A program made the position numbers and the translations under genes. Under the pieces are notes generated by a model that made no database searches, was not told the DNA's origin, and saw only the letters and a list, made by a program, of their open reading frames with translations. From a virus, in IMG/VR virus record IMGVR_UViG_3300032018_000001, positions 1-64,000 of that record: a stretch of DNA of 64,000 nt; one strand, 5' to 3'. The stretch's first letter is position 1. Every line of letters starts with the position of its first letter. Shown piece by piece: positions 44,182 through 53,408 of the stretch.

Positions 44182-44240
44182 TTCTATGGAGCGAACAGAG
44201 GCTGTCAGGGAAAAATACTGTCTTCATTAAAGGAGTGTGT

Positions 44241-44543
44241 ATGGCAAGCATGGCGGATATTCAGTCTGATTGTCACGGTGCTTCTGTGATGTCCATAGCA
44301 GGTAAGAGCTCCTGTTACTACAGGTGCATTAATTGCGGAAAAGAATGTACGGTACGGGCAGCAGCTCCTCAGGTAAAGACTCCCGCAGATGCTGTGATTG
44401 ATGAATTCTGTTTGAAGATTGAAAAGGAAATGGAATCTCCTGCCCAGGAGCTGCGGGAAGCAGAGAGGCTTAAGTTTGTGACGGACAGCCTAGAAGAGGG
44501 AAAGTTTATCGAGCGAAAACCTTTTGTAGCAGTGGAGGCTTAG
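44241..44543 (+). CDS. Hypothetical protein with Cys motif
   Basis: SDCHGA..YRCINCGKEC; AAGGAG RBS. Confidence 0.65.
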   Translation: MASMADIQSDCHGASVMSIAGKSSCYYRCINCGKECTVRAAAPQVKTPADAVIDEFCLKIEKEMESPAQELREAERLKFVTDSLEEGKFIERKPFVAVEA

Positions 44544-44544
44544 C

Positions 44545-45027
44545 ATGCAAAAAGAAGAAGTCCTTTCATTTCCTGCTTACGGAAAAAATGTAGACCTTCA
44601 CGCTTACTACTACTATTCCAGAAAAAGTGCTGCACAAAAAGCCGAGGTTTGCAATGGTGCCGGGCCGCGCCGTTTCGGTTGGCTGATACCGGATACCTTC
44701 TGCGGCCTTTGCATTACAGAGCCCGCCAATATCCATGATTGGAATTACCAGTTCGGAGAGACCATTGAGGATTTCCATGAAGCAAACAGAAATTTCAAAT
44801 GGAATATGCTACGCATGGCAGAGGCTCTGCGAGAAAAAGAAGCAGCAGCTAATCCTGGATGGCTACGGCGCAAGTGGAATGAATACATGCATACCCGGCG
44901 CTGTGAAATCATTGAGGATGAATATTACAAAGCCGTGGAAGCTTTCGGAGGGGCTATCTTCTTCAAGAAAGACCCTATCAGTTTTACGTGGCAATCTCTT
45001 GCTCCCGTGGGAGGTGCTATTGTATAA
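44545..45027 (+). CDS. Phage protein with CNG..HD motif (prokaryotic PLA2/DUF1353-like)
   Basis: CNGAGP, IPDT, ANIHDWNY, AN..F..NM, YYKAV..FG. Confidence 0.6.
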   Translation: MQKEEVLSFPAYGKNVDLHAYYYYSRKSAAQKAEVCNGAGPRRFGWLIPDTFCGLCITEPANIHDWNYQFGETIEDFHEANRNFKWNMLRMAEALREKEAAANPGWLRRKWNEYMHTRRCEIIEDEYYKAVEAFGGAIFFKKDPISFTWQSLAPVGGAIV

Positions 45028-45130
45028 CGCCTACTGTATTGCCATTATTATAGTCTCCGCTGCTGTAGCAATCATTTCCCTTAGGGAAAAGCGCGAAGAC
45101 TTTTAACCGATAAATTTACACTATACAACT

Positions 45131-45162
45131 AAGACCCCATCCTCTAAGAGGGTGGGGTTTTT
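45131..45162 (+). terminator. Rho-independent terminator
   Basis: GACCCCATCCTC-taa-GAGGGTGGGGTTTTT. Confidence 0.85.
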
Positions 45163-45234
45163 GGCGTTATATCTAATTTTTATATTATCTATGCAAGAAG
45201 ATACTACACAACAAACCGCTGCACTTGAGGCGAT

Positions 45235-45639
45235 ATGTCTGAAACTGACAACAAATTCATTGACCGGCTTATTGATTTGGTTAAGGAAGTCACAGAATCA
45301 AATGTAGCGCAAACACAAAGTATTGAGGCACTTGAGACAAAAGTTACGGAAGACATAAGTAATGCAGAAGGAAATATCCTTGAGGCTACAGGCTCACTGT
45401 CTGATAGGATAACCGCGCTGGAAGAAAAGAATACCTGCTTTTATGGCTCAGAAGAATTCAAACCTGTTAGAGAAAACATCAAAAAACTTTTTACTGAAGA
45501 AGCGTATGACATACTTACGCTGGTGAAGAATGTAAAAAAGTTTGTTAGCTTCGTGTCAATACTATTTATCATTCTATCGGCTATTCTGGTGGTAGCAGGT
45601 GCATTTTCCTTATTGCGCGTTCTTTTTAAAGGAGCATAG
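45235..45639 (+). CDS. Coiled-coil protein with C-terminal transmembrane helix
   Basis: Heptad pattern; FVSFVSILFIILSAILVVAGAF. Confidence 0.7.
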   Translation: MSETDNKFIDRLIDLVKEVTESNVAQTQSIEALETKVTEDISNAEGNILEATGSLSDRITALEEKNTCFYGSEEFKPVRENIKKLFTEEAYDILTLVKNVKKFVSFVSILFIILSAILVVAGAFSLLRVLFKGA

Positions 45640-45640
45640 T

Positions 45641-45841
45641 ATGTCACCTACAGAAAAGAAGTTCAGTGAGAGTGTTGCACACGGCATTCAGGCCATAAAA
45701 AATAATACAGAGCGCATGCAGCGGATGCGTGTGACTCTGGAGGACAGAAGGGCCAGCCTCTTTTCTTCCAATGTTGAAAAATTCAGCAGGATAACACAGC
45801 GCACATTCATGGAAGCAAAAACCTGTCTGGATAAACTATGA
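45641..45841 (+). CDS. Small hypothetical protein
   Basis: AAGGAG RBS. Confidence 0.55.
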   Translation: MSPTEKKFSESVAHGIQAIKNNTERMQRMRVTLEDRRASLFSSNVEKFSRITQRTFMEAKTCLDKL

Positions 45842-46197
45842 GTTTTGTAAAGATAGAAGACAGTTGCGCTATTCTTAGATTTTCCAATACCAGCACACCT
45901 GAGCACCGTGATGTTCTCATGGATGTAAGTGCTCTAATGCAGTTTGGTTTTAAGTGTTTCATTTTCGACTTTTCAGGAGTCAAAAATTTTAGTTCCAGTG
46001 TTTTAGGTTTTGCTCTTGGCTTGATTCGCGTTGTAAAAGGAAACGGCTGTAAGATGTATGTCAGAAATCTCAGCGAAGAGGCCCGGACAATGCTTCAATT
46101 CTCTGTCAAGGTAGAATGCTGCAATGATGAATTGCACGAGCTGCTATCCTTGGAAAATATTCAGAGCATTGAATTAGGAGGAAGCGATGGCCATTGA
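45838..46197 (+). CDS. STAS-domain (anti-sigma antagonist-like) protein
   Basis: FIFDFSGVKNFSSSVLGFAL..G.KM..NLSEE.R.ML. Confidence 0.7.
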   Translation: MSFVKIEDSCAILRFSNTSTPEHRDVLMDVSALMQFGFKCFIFDFSGVKNFSSSVLGFALGLIRVVKGNGCKMYVRNLSEEARTMLQFSVKVECCNDELHELLSLENIQSIELGGSDGH

Positions 46198-49100
46198 TAC
46201 TGCCAGAGTATTAAGTGTATTGCAGGCACTGCTTGCAGATAACATGCAGAAGAAAATAAAGGCCCAGCAGGTCAGAGATTTTCTTGTTTCTGTTTACGGT
46301 CGCTGGGCATCAAAAACTATCATCTCTGCTGATAGTCCATATTCCATCACCAAAGATGATGTGGCGCTTTACATTGATGCTACTGTGGATAATACCACAG
46401 CTCTGCTACCGAATGATTTTGTTCAAAATGACAACGACATAATTATTTACATCGAGAGAACTGACCTCAGCATTAAAAATGTCACTGTTGCTTGTCAAGC
46501 GGGATATACCATAGCGCAAAACGGTACAAGCATTAAGTTAGATAGACAGGGTGCTCATGTTCTCCTGCACAAACTGGGAACGGTTTACCATATTGTCGTT
46601 GATGGCCGGGTAGGTTTTTCTGTAACAAATCCCGTTCAGAATGACGTGCTTGCTTACGATAGCATTAGCAAGCAGTTTATCAATGTTCCTAATCCTGGCG
46701 GCGGGACGCAGGGACAACAGGGTGTTACCGGAATTCAAGGCCAGACCGGTGTGCAGGGAAAAACAGGCCCACAAGGTCAGCAGGGGCATACCGGCCTGGG
46801 CGCTCCTGGTATTCAAGGTCAGACCGGCATGCAAGGTACTACAGGTGCCCGTGGAATCCAAGGTAATACAGGCCTGCAGGGCTTAACCGGAGTGGTCGGC
46901 GTTCAAGGACAGACCGGCCTCCAAGGCATGACAGGAGCAGAAGGCGAAGATGGTGTCACCGGCGTTCAGGGCGTAACAGGCCCTGTAGGTCAGACCGGAG
47001 TGCAAGGAAATACTGGAGTCCAAGGTATGCAAGGACATACCGGCATGCAAGGACTTGGCATACAAGGTCAGACCGGCTTACAAGGGCATACTGGCATTCA
47101 GGGTATCAAAGGTAATACGGGCGCACAAGGCGTTCGTGGCGATACAGGTGTCCAGGGTAAGCAGGGTACTACTGGCATAGGTGTTCAAGGCAATACGGGT
47201 GTTCAAGGCCGCACAGGCGTTCAAGGAAATACCGGAATAGGTATTCAAGGTGAGACAGGCGTACAAGGTCAAACTGGGCCTTTTGGCGGGCCTCCTGGTG
47301 AGACTGGTGTGCAAGGTACGACAGGCGTGGCCGGTGCTCGCGGTATAACCGGAATACAAGGCCTTCAAGGAACAGAAGGTGCTACAGGCCCTCAAGGAAA
47401 TCGCGGTGTGACCGGCGTTCAAGGCCAGACCGGTGTGCAAGGTGTACAGGGACAAACTGGTATTCAGGGTCATACTGGTGCACAGGGTAGAACAGGAGTC
47501 CAAGGCGATACCGGTGTGGCAGGAGAAACCGGCATACAGGGTATTGAAGGGCACGAAGGGGTGCAAGGAAATACCGGTGTGCAGGGAATTCAAGGCAACA
47601 CTGGAGTTCAAGGCAACACAGGAGTCCAAGGCGATACCGGCGCTCAAGGGGGCACAGGTTTACGTGGTAATACCGGCGTACAAGGTAATACTGGCATCCA
47701 GGGTGCTACCGGCGTACAAGGTAATACTGGCATCCAAGGAGTTCAAGGCCAAACCGGTGTACAAGGTAGCATTGGTGTGCAGGGTAGTACTGGTGTGCAG
47801 GGATTTCAAGGAAACACAGGTTTACAGGGTAATACTGGTGTTCAAGGAATCCAAGGTAATACTGGCCAAGGTTTACAAGGTAATACTGGCGTGCAAGGTT
47901 TACAGGGTAATACTGGCGTGCAAGGAATCCAAGGTAATACTGGCGTGCAAGGTTTACAGGGTAATACGGGCGTGCAAGGCAACACCGGAGTTCAAGGAAA
48001 CACTGGTGTCCAGGGTGCTACCGGAGTTCAAGGTCAAACTGGTGTCCAGGGTCAGACTGGTTTACGCGGTAATACAGGTGTTCAAGGAAATACTGGTTTA
48101 CAGGGAATCCAAGGCAACACCGGCGTACAAGGTACTCAGGGTAATACTGGCATCCAAGGTAATACCGGCGTAGCAGGAAGTACGGGCGTACAGGGCGTTC
48201 AGGGTGTTACAGGCCTTCAGGGTTTTGGTGGCGGCGCTACATTATTTTTTGATGACGCAGCCTCTGACATCGGTGGCTATTTTTCATTATTGACAGACCC
48301 TAACACAATAGCCGAAGTTCAAGATGATATTTTTGTTAATTCAGGAACTGGAGAGGTTTTTGGAGAATCGTACGCAACAGCTGCAGGTTTTCCTGGACGC
48401 ACGGTTATTCCTGGAGGTGACTGGGAGTTTGACATTTGGCGTTTTGTTAGCAGTGCTACTGGAGTTACAATACTTAACATTAATGTTTACAAGAGGGCTA
48501 CAGGCGGGGCTGAAACACTTCTTTTTGTTGCTACTACCGGTAAAATAAATGACACTACTAACACAATGCAGAACATTACAGTTACGCAACCTGATTTTGT
48601 TGTTTTAGCTACTGACAGAATAGTAATAAAAATATCTGCTACTTCTACTTCTGGTGCTACAAGAACAGCAAGCCTTACTCATAACGGTACTTTACATTAT
48701 TCACATGTGCATACAACTCTTGCTGTTGTGGGCTCGCAGGGTATTACGGGTATTCAAGGTCAAACTGGTGTCCAGGGTCAGACTGGTTTACGCGGTAATA
48801 CAGGTGTTCAAGGTATACAAGGCAACACGGGCGCAGGCATACAAGGCAGCACTGGCGTGCAAGGTATCCAGGGCCAAACTGGCATGCAAGGAAACACTGG
48901 AGTTCAAGGTAATACCGGAGTACAAGGCAGCACAGGTTTACAAGGTAATACCGGCACTCAAGGAATTCAAGGTAACACTGGTGTGCAAGGAATTCAAGGT
49001 AACACTGGTGTGCAAGGTATCCAAGGTAACACAGGTTTACAGGGCAATACTGGTGTGCAAGGTATCCAAGGCAATACTGGTGTGCAAGGAATTCAAGGTA

Positions 49101-50254
49101 ACACTGGAGTCCAAGGTCAAACTGGTGTTCAAGGCAACACAGGTTTACAGGGCAACACTGGAGTTCAGGGTAATACCGGAGTACAGGGCAATACAGGTTT
49201 ACAAGGTAATACTGGCGTACAAGGTAGCACCGGCGTGCAGGGTAGCACAGGTGTTCAGGGAAATACAGGTGTGCAGGGTATCCAGGGCAACACTGGTGTG
49301 CAGGGTATCCAGGGGAATACCGGTGTACAAGGAAGCCAAGGTAATACCGGCGTGCAGGGAATCCAAGGTCAGACTGGAACAGGAATACAAGGCCAAACCG
49401 GCGTGCAAGGAAGTCAAGGCAACACAGGTTTACAAGGTAATACCGGTACTCAAGGAATTCAGGGTATTACCGGAGGGACTATAGGTACACAAGGAAATAC
49501 TGGCGTTCAAGGAATCCAAGGAAATACTGGCGTTCAAGGAATCCAAGGAAATACCGGCGTGCAGGGAATTCAGGGTATTACTGGATTGTGGGGAAGAACA
49601 GGCGTGCAGGGAATTCAGGGTATTACTGGATTGTGGGGAAGAACAGGCGTGCAGGGAATTCAGGGTATTACCGGCGTGCAGGGCATTCAAGGCAATACAG
49701 GCGCAGGCATACAAGGCAGTACGGGTGTGCAGGGAATCCAAGGCATTACGGGAATCCAGGGTCAGACCGGTATACAAGGCATTACGGGTTTACGCGGCAA
49801 CACTGGCGTACAAGGCAATACTGGTGTACAAGGAGTTACTGGTTCCGCTGGAAATATAACACCAGCTGTGGGCTCTAATCTGTCCGGGTCAGGAACACAG
49901 TTTCCAGCAACAGCCGGTGAAACCTTTGCGGCCGGTGAACTGTCTTATTTTAAAAATGACGGAAATTACTACAAGGCTAAAGCGGATGTTATTTCCACCA
50001 TGCCGGTAGTATCTATTGCCGCGGCAGCAATAAATGCTTCAGCATCAGGCAACATGCAAGCTGTAGGATTTTATAGAAATGATGCGTGGAGCTGGACGGT
50101 GGCTGGTTTACTTTATGCTTCTGATACTACCGCAGGAGCAATAACACAAACTGCCCCCTCAGGCTCAGGAAATATTGTGCAGATAGTAGGCTATGCTTAT
50201 TCTGCTACTGTAATTTATTTTAATCCTGACCCTACATACATCACTCTTGTGTAG
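46187..50254 (+). CDS. Collagen-like virion fibre protein with two Gly-X-Y segments and three globular domains
   Basis: Hundreds of G-x-T/G-V-Q triplets (~46700-48225 and ~48730-49845); C-terminal GET..GE..Y..G...A.A..P..G...G..Y.S..G..T.TAP..G..VQ.VG.A pattern resembling capsid-cement/DUF2190-like domains. Confidence 0.85.
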   Translation: MAIDTARVLSVLQALLADNMQKKIKAQQVRDFLVSVYGRWASKTIISADSPYSITKDDVALYIDATVDNTTALLPNDFVQNDNDIIIYIERTDLSIKNVTVACQAGYTIAQNGTSIKLDRQGAHVLLHKLGTVYHIVVDGRVGFSVTNPVQNDVLAYDSISKQFINVPNPGGGTQGQQGVTGIQGQTGVQGKTGPQGQQGHTGLGAPGIQGQTGMQGTTGARGIQGNTGLQGLTGVVGVQGQTGLQGMTGAEGEDGVTGVQGVTGPVGQTGVQGNTGVQGMQGHTGMQGLGIQGQTGLQGHTGIQGIKGNTGAQGVRGDTGVQGKQGTTGIGVQGNTGVQGRTGVQGNTGIGIQGETGVQGQTGPFGGPPGETGVQGTTGVAGARGITGIQGLQGTEGATGPQGNRGVTGVQGQTGVQGVQGQTGIQGHTGAQGRTGVQGDTGVAGETGIQGIEGHEGVQGNTGVQGIQGNTGVQGNTGVQGDTGAQGGTGLRGNTGVQGNTGIQGATGVQGNTGIQGVQGQTGVQGSIGVQGSTGVQGFQGNTGLQGNTGVQGIQGNTGQGLQGNTGVQGLQGNTGVQGIQGNTGVQGLQGNTGVQGNTGVQGNTGVQGATGVQGQTGVQGQTGLRGNTGVQGNTGLQGIQGNTGVQGTQGNTGIQGNTGVAGSTGVQGVQGVTGLQGFGGGATLFFDDAASDIGGYFSLLTDPNTIAEVQDDIFVNSGTGEVFGESYATAAGFPGRTVIPGGDWEFDIWRFVSSATGVTILNINVYKRATGGAETLLFVATTGKINDTTNTMQNITVTQPDFVVLATDRIVIKISATSTSGATRTASLTHNGTLHYSHVHTTLAVVGSQGITGIQGQTGVQGQTGLRGNTGVQGIQGNTGAGIQGSTGVQGIQGQTGMQGNTGVQGNTGVQGSTGLQGNTGTQGIQGNTGVQGIQGNTGVQGIQGNTGLQGNTGVQGIQGNTGVQGIQGNTGVQGQTGVQGNTGLQGNTGVQGNTGVQGNTGLQGNTGVQGSTGVQGSTGVQGNTGVQGIQGNTGVQGIQGNTGVQGSQGNTGVQGIQGQTGTGIQGQTGVQGSQGNTGLQGNTGTQGIQGITGGTIGTQGNTGVQGIQGNTGVQGIQGNTGVQGIQGITGLWGRTGVQGIQGITGLWGRTGVQGIQGITGVQGIQGNTGAGIQGSTGVQGIQGITGIQGQTGIQGITGLRGNTGVQGNTGVQGVTGSAGNITPAVGSNLSGSGTQFPATAGETFAAGELSYFKNDGNYYKAKADVISTMPVVSIAAAAINASASGNMQAVGFYRNDAWSWTVAGLLYASDTTAGAITQTAPSGSGNIVQIVGYAYSATVIYFNPDPTYITLV

Positions 50255-50263
50255 AGGTATTGA

Positions 50264-50548
50264 ATGTCTTGCGAAGAAGTAAATGGAGCATTTGACCCGT
50301 TAGAGTTCAATGATGACTTTGACATTGGTGGATTTGTCGGCGAAGTCATCAGGATACTACGGCTAACAGGAGTAGCAACCGGAGCTTTAGTTTTTGCAGC
50401 ACAGGCTATAAAAAATGTTTTTATTCCGGGAACAGTGGTATTTGTTCAGGACATTGACGGAGAGGCTGAGAGAACAGAAAACATTACCGGCTCCATTTTG
50501 GATGTCGAAGATGTCAAACGATATGACAGGGACGATATTTGCCCTTAG
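50264..50548 (+). CDS. Hypothetical (putative structural) protein
   Basis: GAGGT RBS; follows the fibre gene. Confidence 0.6.
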   Translation: MSCEEVNGAFDPLEFNDDFDIGGFVGEVIRILRLTGVATGALVFAAQAIKNVFIPGTVVFVQDIDGEAERTENITGSILDVEDVKRYDRDDICP

Positions 50549-50557
50549 GAGGTTCAC

Positions 50558-50896
50558 ATGCTTTGCTCGATACCGGTAGTAGGTGAAATTGTTGTGTATC
50601 AAGGTGATGCTCTGGATGTTCAATTCACTGTCACATGGGAAAATGGAAGTCCGGTAGACCTTACAAATTTTGAAGCACGTTTTCGCGTGCTTGATACTTC
50701 GTTGCTGAAAGACTCTGTGAACATTGGTGACATCACCAAAGTTTTGCCTCTCACACAGGGAATTTTAATAGTGCATCTTCTGACCCCTGACACTATCGGC
50801 CTTACCAAAGGTTACGAGTATGTGTATAAGGCTGAGCTGTACGACATTCAGGGCAATGTTTACACGTTCAAAGAAACTGCGTTTAAAGTTTTGTGA
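50558..50896 (+). CDS. BppU N-terminal-like (Ig-fold) structural protein
   Basis: IVVYQGD..FTV..GSPVDLT..A..G...V.L...DT..Y.Y. Confidence 0.65.
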   Translation: MLCSIPVVGEIVVYQGDALDVQFTVTWENGSPVDLTNFEARFRVLDTSLLKDSVNIGDITKVLPLTQGILIVHLLTPDTIGLTKGYEYVYKAELYDIQGNVYTFKETAFKVL

Positions 50897-50926
50897 GCTG
50901 TCCGTATTAATGTATTGGAGGGTGAA

Positions 50927-51091
50927 ATGAAATGTCCTACTATCGAAATAGTAATCTTGGCGGCTGCGGCAAAACACTTTGTCAATAAGAAGGGAAAGAA
51001 GACGCAGGAAGACCTTTGGCTTTCCAAGTGCGCCATGTCTGCTGCCGTAATGCTTTGGATTAAGACTCGCAGAAAGGCCAAACATGGGTAA
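50927..51091 (+). CDS. Small basic protein (not in the ORF track)
   Basis: GGAGG RBS after CGTATTAAT. Confidence 0.5.
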   Translation: MKCPTIEIVILAAAAKHFVNKKGKKTQEDLWLSKCAMSAAVMLWIKTRRKAKHG

Positions 51092-51317
51092 CAAACTTCC
51101 GTTAGCATTTGAATTTTTCTTCAAACTGTTCTTTGATTTCATTCTTAGATTTTTTCAATTCTGTGTTATTGACGCTGTGGCTGTAGTACCGGTAAACTAC
51201 TACTTAAAGTACGGATACCGTAGCTGCTTTCTCCATGCGCTAGGAGCGCAGGTTGTCATTTATTTTGGTATAACGTACATCAGTCTTCTTAAGGTTATGT
51301 GGAATAATCGCGGATAG
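51084..51317 (+). CDS. Small hydrophobic membrane protein
   Basis: Two hydrophobic segments. Confidence 0.5.
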   Translation: MGNKLPLAFEFFFKLFFDFILRFFQFCVIDAVAVVPVNYYLKYGYRSCFLHALGAQVVIYFGITYISLLKVMWNNRG

Positions 51318-51345
51318 CCCTTTCTGTTTCCCTTTTCCCTGCCCT

Positions 51346-51372
51346 GCCCCTCCCCCTTTGGGAGGGGTTTTT
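51346..51372 (+). terminator. Rho-independent terminator
   Basis: GCCCCTCCC-ccttt-GGGAGGGGTTTTT. Confidence 0.8.
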
Positions 51373-51410
51373 GTTTGTGGTCGTATTAATATGGATATAA
51401 GGAGATACTA

Positions 51411-53408
51411 ATGAATAGAATTCGTACCATTGACTTGCTGAAGCAGGCGGATGTAGCCTACTATAACAAAGCTGAGCCTGTTCTTGAGGATACAGAATAT
51501 ACGGAGCTTAAGGATAAGGCCCACGCTTTGTGGCCTGATGACGATTACTTTAAAACGGTAGGCGCTAAGCCTGAAGAAAAAAGTCCATGGGAGATTGTCA
51601 AGCACTCAATACCAATGGGCTCCATTGACAATATTAAAACGGAAAGCCCCAGCACCTTCATTCAGGACATTTTTACCAATACGAAAAAGTGGTGGACAAA
51701 ATTAGGCTGTCCTACGCTTCTGGCACAATACAAGCTGGACGGATTTTCTCTTAATCTTGAATACGTGCCAGCGGATACTGTGATGTCAGACGGCCCTTGT
51801 GATGAAAGCATGTTAATGAATGCTGTCATTCGCGGTGATGGTTTTGAAGGAGAGGACATTTTTAAGAATGCTATTGCCATTCAAGGAATAAAAACCAGCG
51901 GGCCTGCGGAAGTCAGGAATGTTCACTGTGAGGTTATACTTCCCAAAAAAGGCTTGGAGGTAGTCAATGAAATTCAGACACTGGCCAAAGACAAGCTTTA
52001 TGCGAATTGCAGGAATGCGGCTGCTGGCATAGCCCGGCGCTTTGACGGCAAATACTCTAAATTCCTGGCTGCTATACCGTTTGACATCATCCACGAAGGA
52101 AAGAGGCACGATAGCAATGCTATCAATCAATACAAAAAGGTTTTTGGCTTTGTCGAAACCGTCTTCATTGATACTTGGGAAGAGCTGGAGGCTTTTTACA
52201 AAGAGACGCTTGCTAAGCGTCCGGAGCTTCCGTATGACATTGACGGCATTGTTATAAAAGTGGATGACATGGCCCTTCGTAGCAAGGATAAGCCTGAGCT
52301 ACCGGAATGGTGCCGTGCCATGAAATTTCCCCCGGAAGAAAACAGTTTCAAGGTGGACACCCTTCGCTGGTACATTGGAAAGACTGGCAAGGCTACGCCT
52401 GTGGCTCACAACCATGTCGGTGTTCAGTTTCAGGCCAAGGTTATCCGTGAAGTCTCGCTTCACAACTACAATAAATTCTGCTTGCACAAGCTGGCCCCCG
52501 GCGATAAAATTTCTGTGGTCATTGCTGGGGATGTTATACCAAAGATTGAATCTGTGTTAGAGCGGTCAGGTCAGCCTATGTTTACTGCTCCCAAAAACTG
52601 CCCGGAGTGCGGGAGCTTGCTACAGGTGGATGAAAATTTCCTGTACTGCACCTCAGAAGGATGTCCCGGCCGCATAAAATCTCTTATCAGCGCCCACGTA
52701 AAAGAAATGAAGATTGAAGAGGTAGGCCCGGAGTTGATTGACAAGTTGTACAAGCTGGGACAGACCGGGGAAATAAAGTTCAATCACTTTCCTGACCTGT
52801 ACACGCTGACAACCAAAGACATCATGAGGCTGGAGGGCTACCAGGAAAAGTCTGCCATGACTGTCATAACCAATATTCACGCAAGGGTGGAGGTCTCCCT
52901 GGCTGTGTTTATTGCTTCTCTGGGTATTCCTGACATCGGTGCCAAAACCATTGAGAAGTTTGGCAATGTCAGCTTGGACGATTTATTCAAGATGTCTCTT
53001 GATAATATGCGTAAGATAGAAGGGATAGGCCCTACTACGGCTGCGAAAATTAAAGAAGGCTTGGATAACAGCTTTCTTTTAATAGGGCAGCTGTTCGGTA
53101 ACGGCATAAAAATAAAGAAAGTCAAAAGCGTCAAGGTGGACAGTGACCGGTTCAAAGGAAAGAGCTTCTGCTTCACCGGTGAATTTTTGTATATTAATGT
53201 AGACACTGGTAAGAACTATACGCGAGAAGAAGTGCAAGAATTGGTTATTAAGAATGGCGGCATTGTTAAATCCGGTGTTAGTAAAAAGCTTGATACTCTT
53301 GTTTTGGCTGATATGTTAAGTAGTAGCAATAAGGCTACTAAAGCAAAGCAGTGTGGTTGCGAGTTACTATCTGCTGAAGACTTTTTAAAAAGGGTGGGGG
53401 TATTGTGA
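51411..53408 (+). CDS. ligA: NAD-dependent DNA ligase
   Basis: YY..D.EY..L, HSIPMGS, KLDG, RGDG..GED, RNAAAG, DGIVIK, AGDVIP, CPEC..C..C, HhH, BRCT. Confidence 0.95.
   Translation: MNRIRTIDLLKQADVAYYNKAEPVLEDTEYTELKDKAHALWPDDDYFKTVGAKPEEKSPWEIVKHSIPMGSIDNIKTESPSTFIQDIFTNTKKWWTKLGCPTLLAQYKLDGFSLNLEYVPADTVMSDGPCDESMLMNAVIRGDGFEGEDIFKNAIAIQGIKTSGPAEVRNVHCEVILPKKGLEVVNEIQTLAKDKLYANCRNAAAGIARRFDGKYSKFLAAIPFDIIHEGKRHDSNAINQYKKVFGFVETVFIDTWEELEAFYKETLAKRPELPYDIDGIVIKVDDMALRSKDKPELPEWCRAMKFPPEENSFKVDTLRWYIGKTGKATPVAHNHVGVQFQAKVIREVSLHNYNKFCLHKLAPGDKISVVIAGDVIPKIESVLERSGQPMFTAPKNCPECGSLLQVDENFLYCTSEGCPGRIKSLISAHVKEMKIEEVGPELIDKLYKLGQTGEIKFNHFPDLYTLTTKDIMRLEGYQEKSAMTVITNIHARVEVSLAVFIASLGIPDIGAKTIEKFGNVSLDDLFKMSLDNMRKIEGIGPTTAAKIKEGLDNSFLLIGQLFGNGIKIKKVKSVKVDSDRFKGKSFCFTGEFLYINVDTGKNYTREEVQELVIKNGGIVKSGVSKKLDTLVLADMLSSSNKATKAKQCGCELLSAEDFLKRVGVL

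Larger units (their letters stand above)
43600..44230 (+). pseudogene. Small phage gene (52 aa when reconstructed) interrupted by a gene cassette
   Basis: Joining 43709 to 44182 gives MSSGIDFGFF...LTALCSMERTEAVREKYCLH*, ending at the next gene's AAGGAG RBS. Confidence 0.5.

Noticed and set aside
47433-49878. Long alternative-frame ORFs inside the collagen gene
   Set aside because: By-product of repetitive Gly-X-Y codons lacking stops; unlike the intein-nested ORF they carry no domain signature
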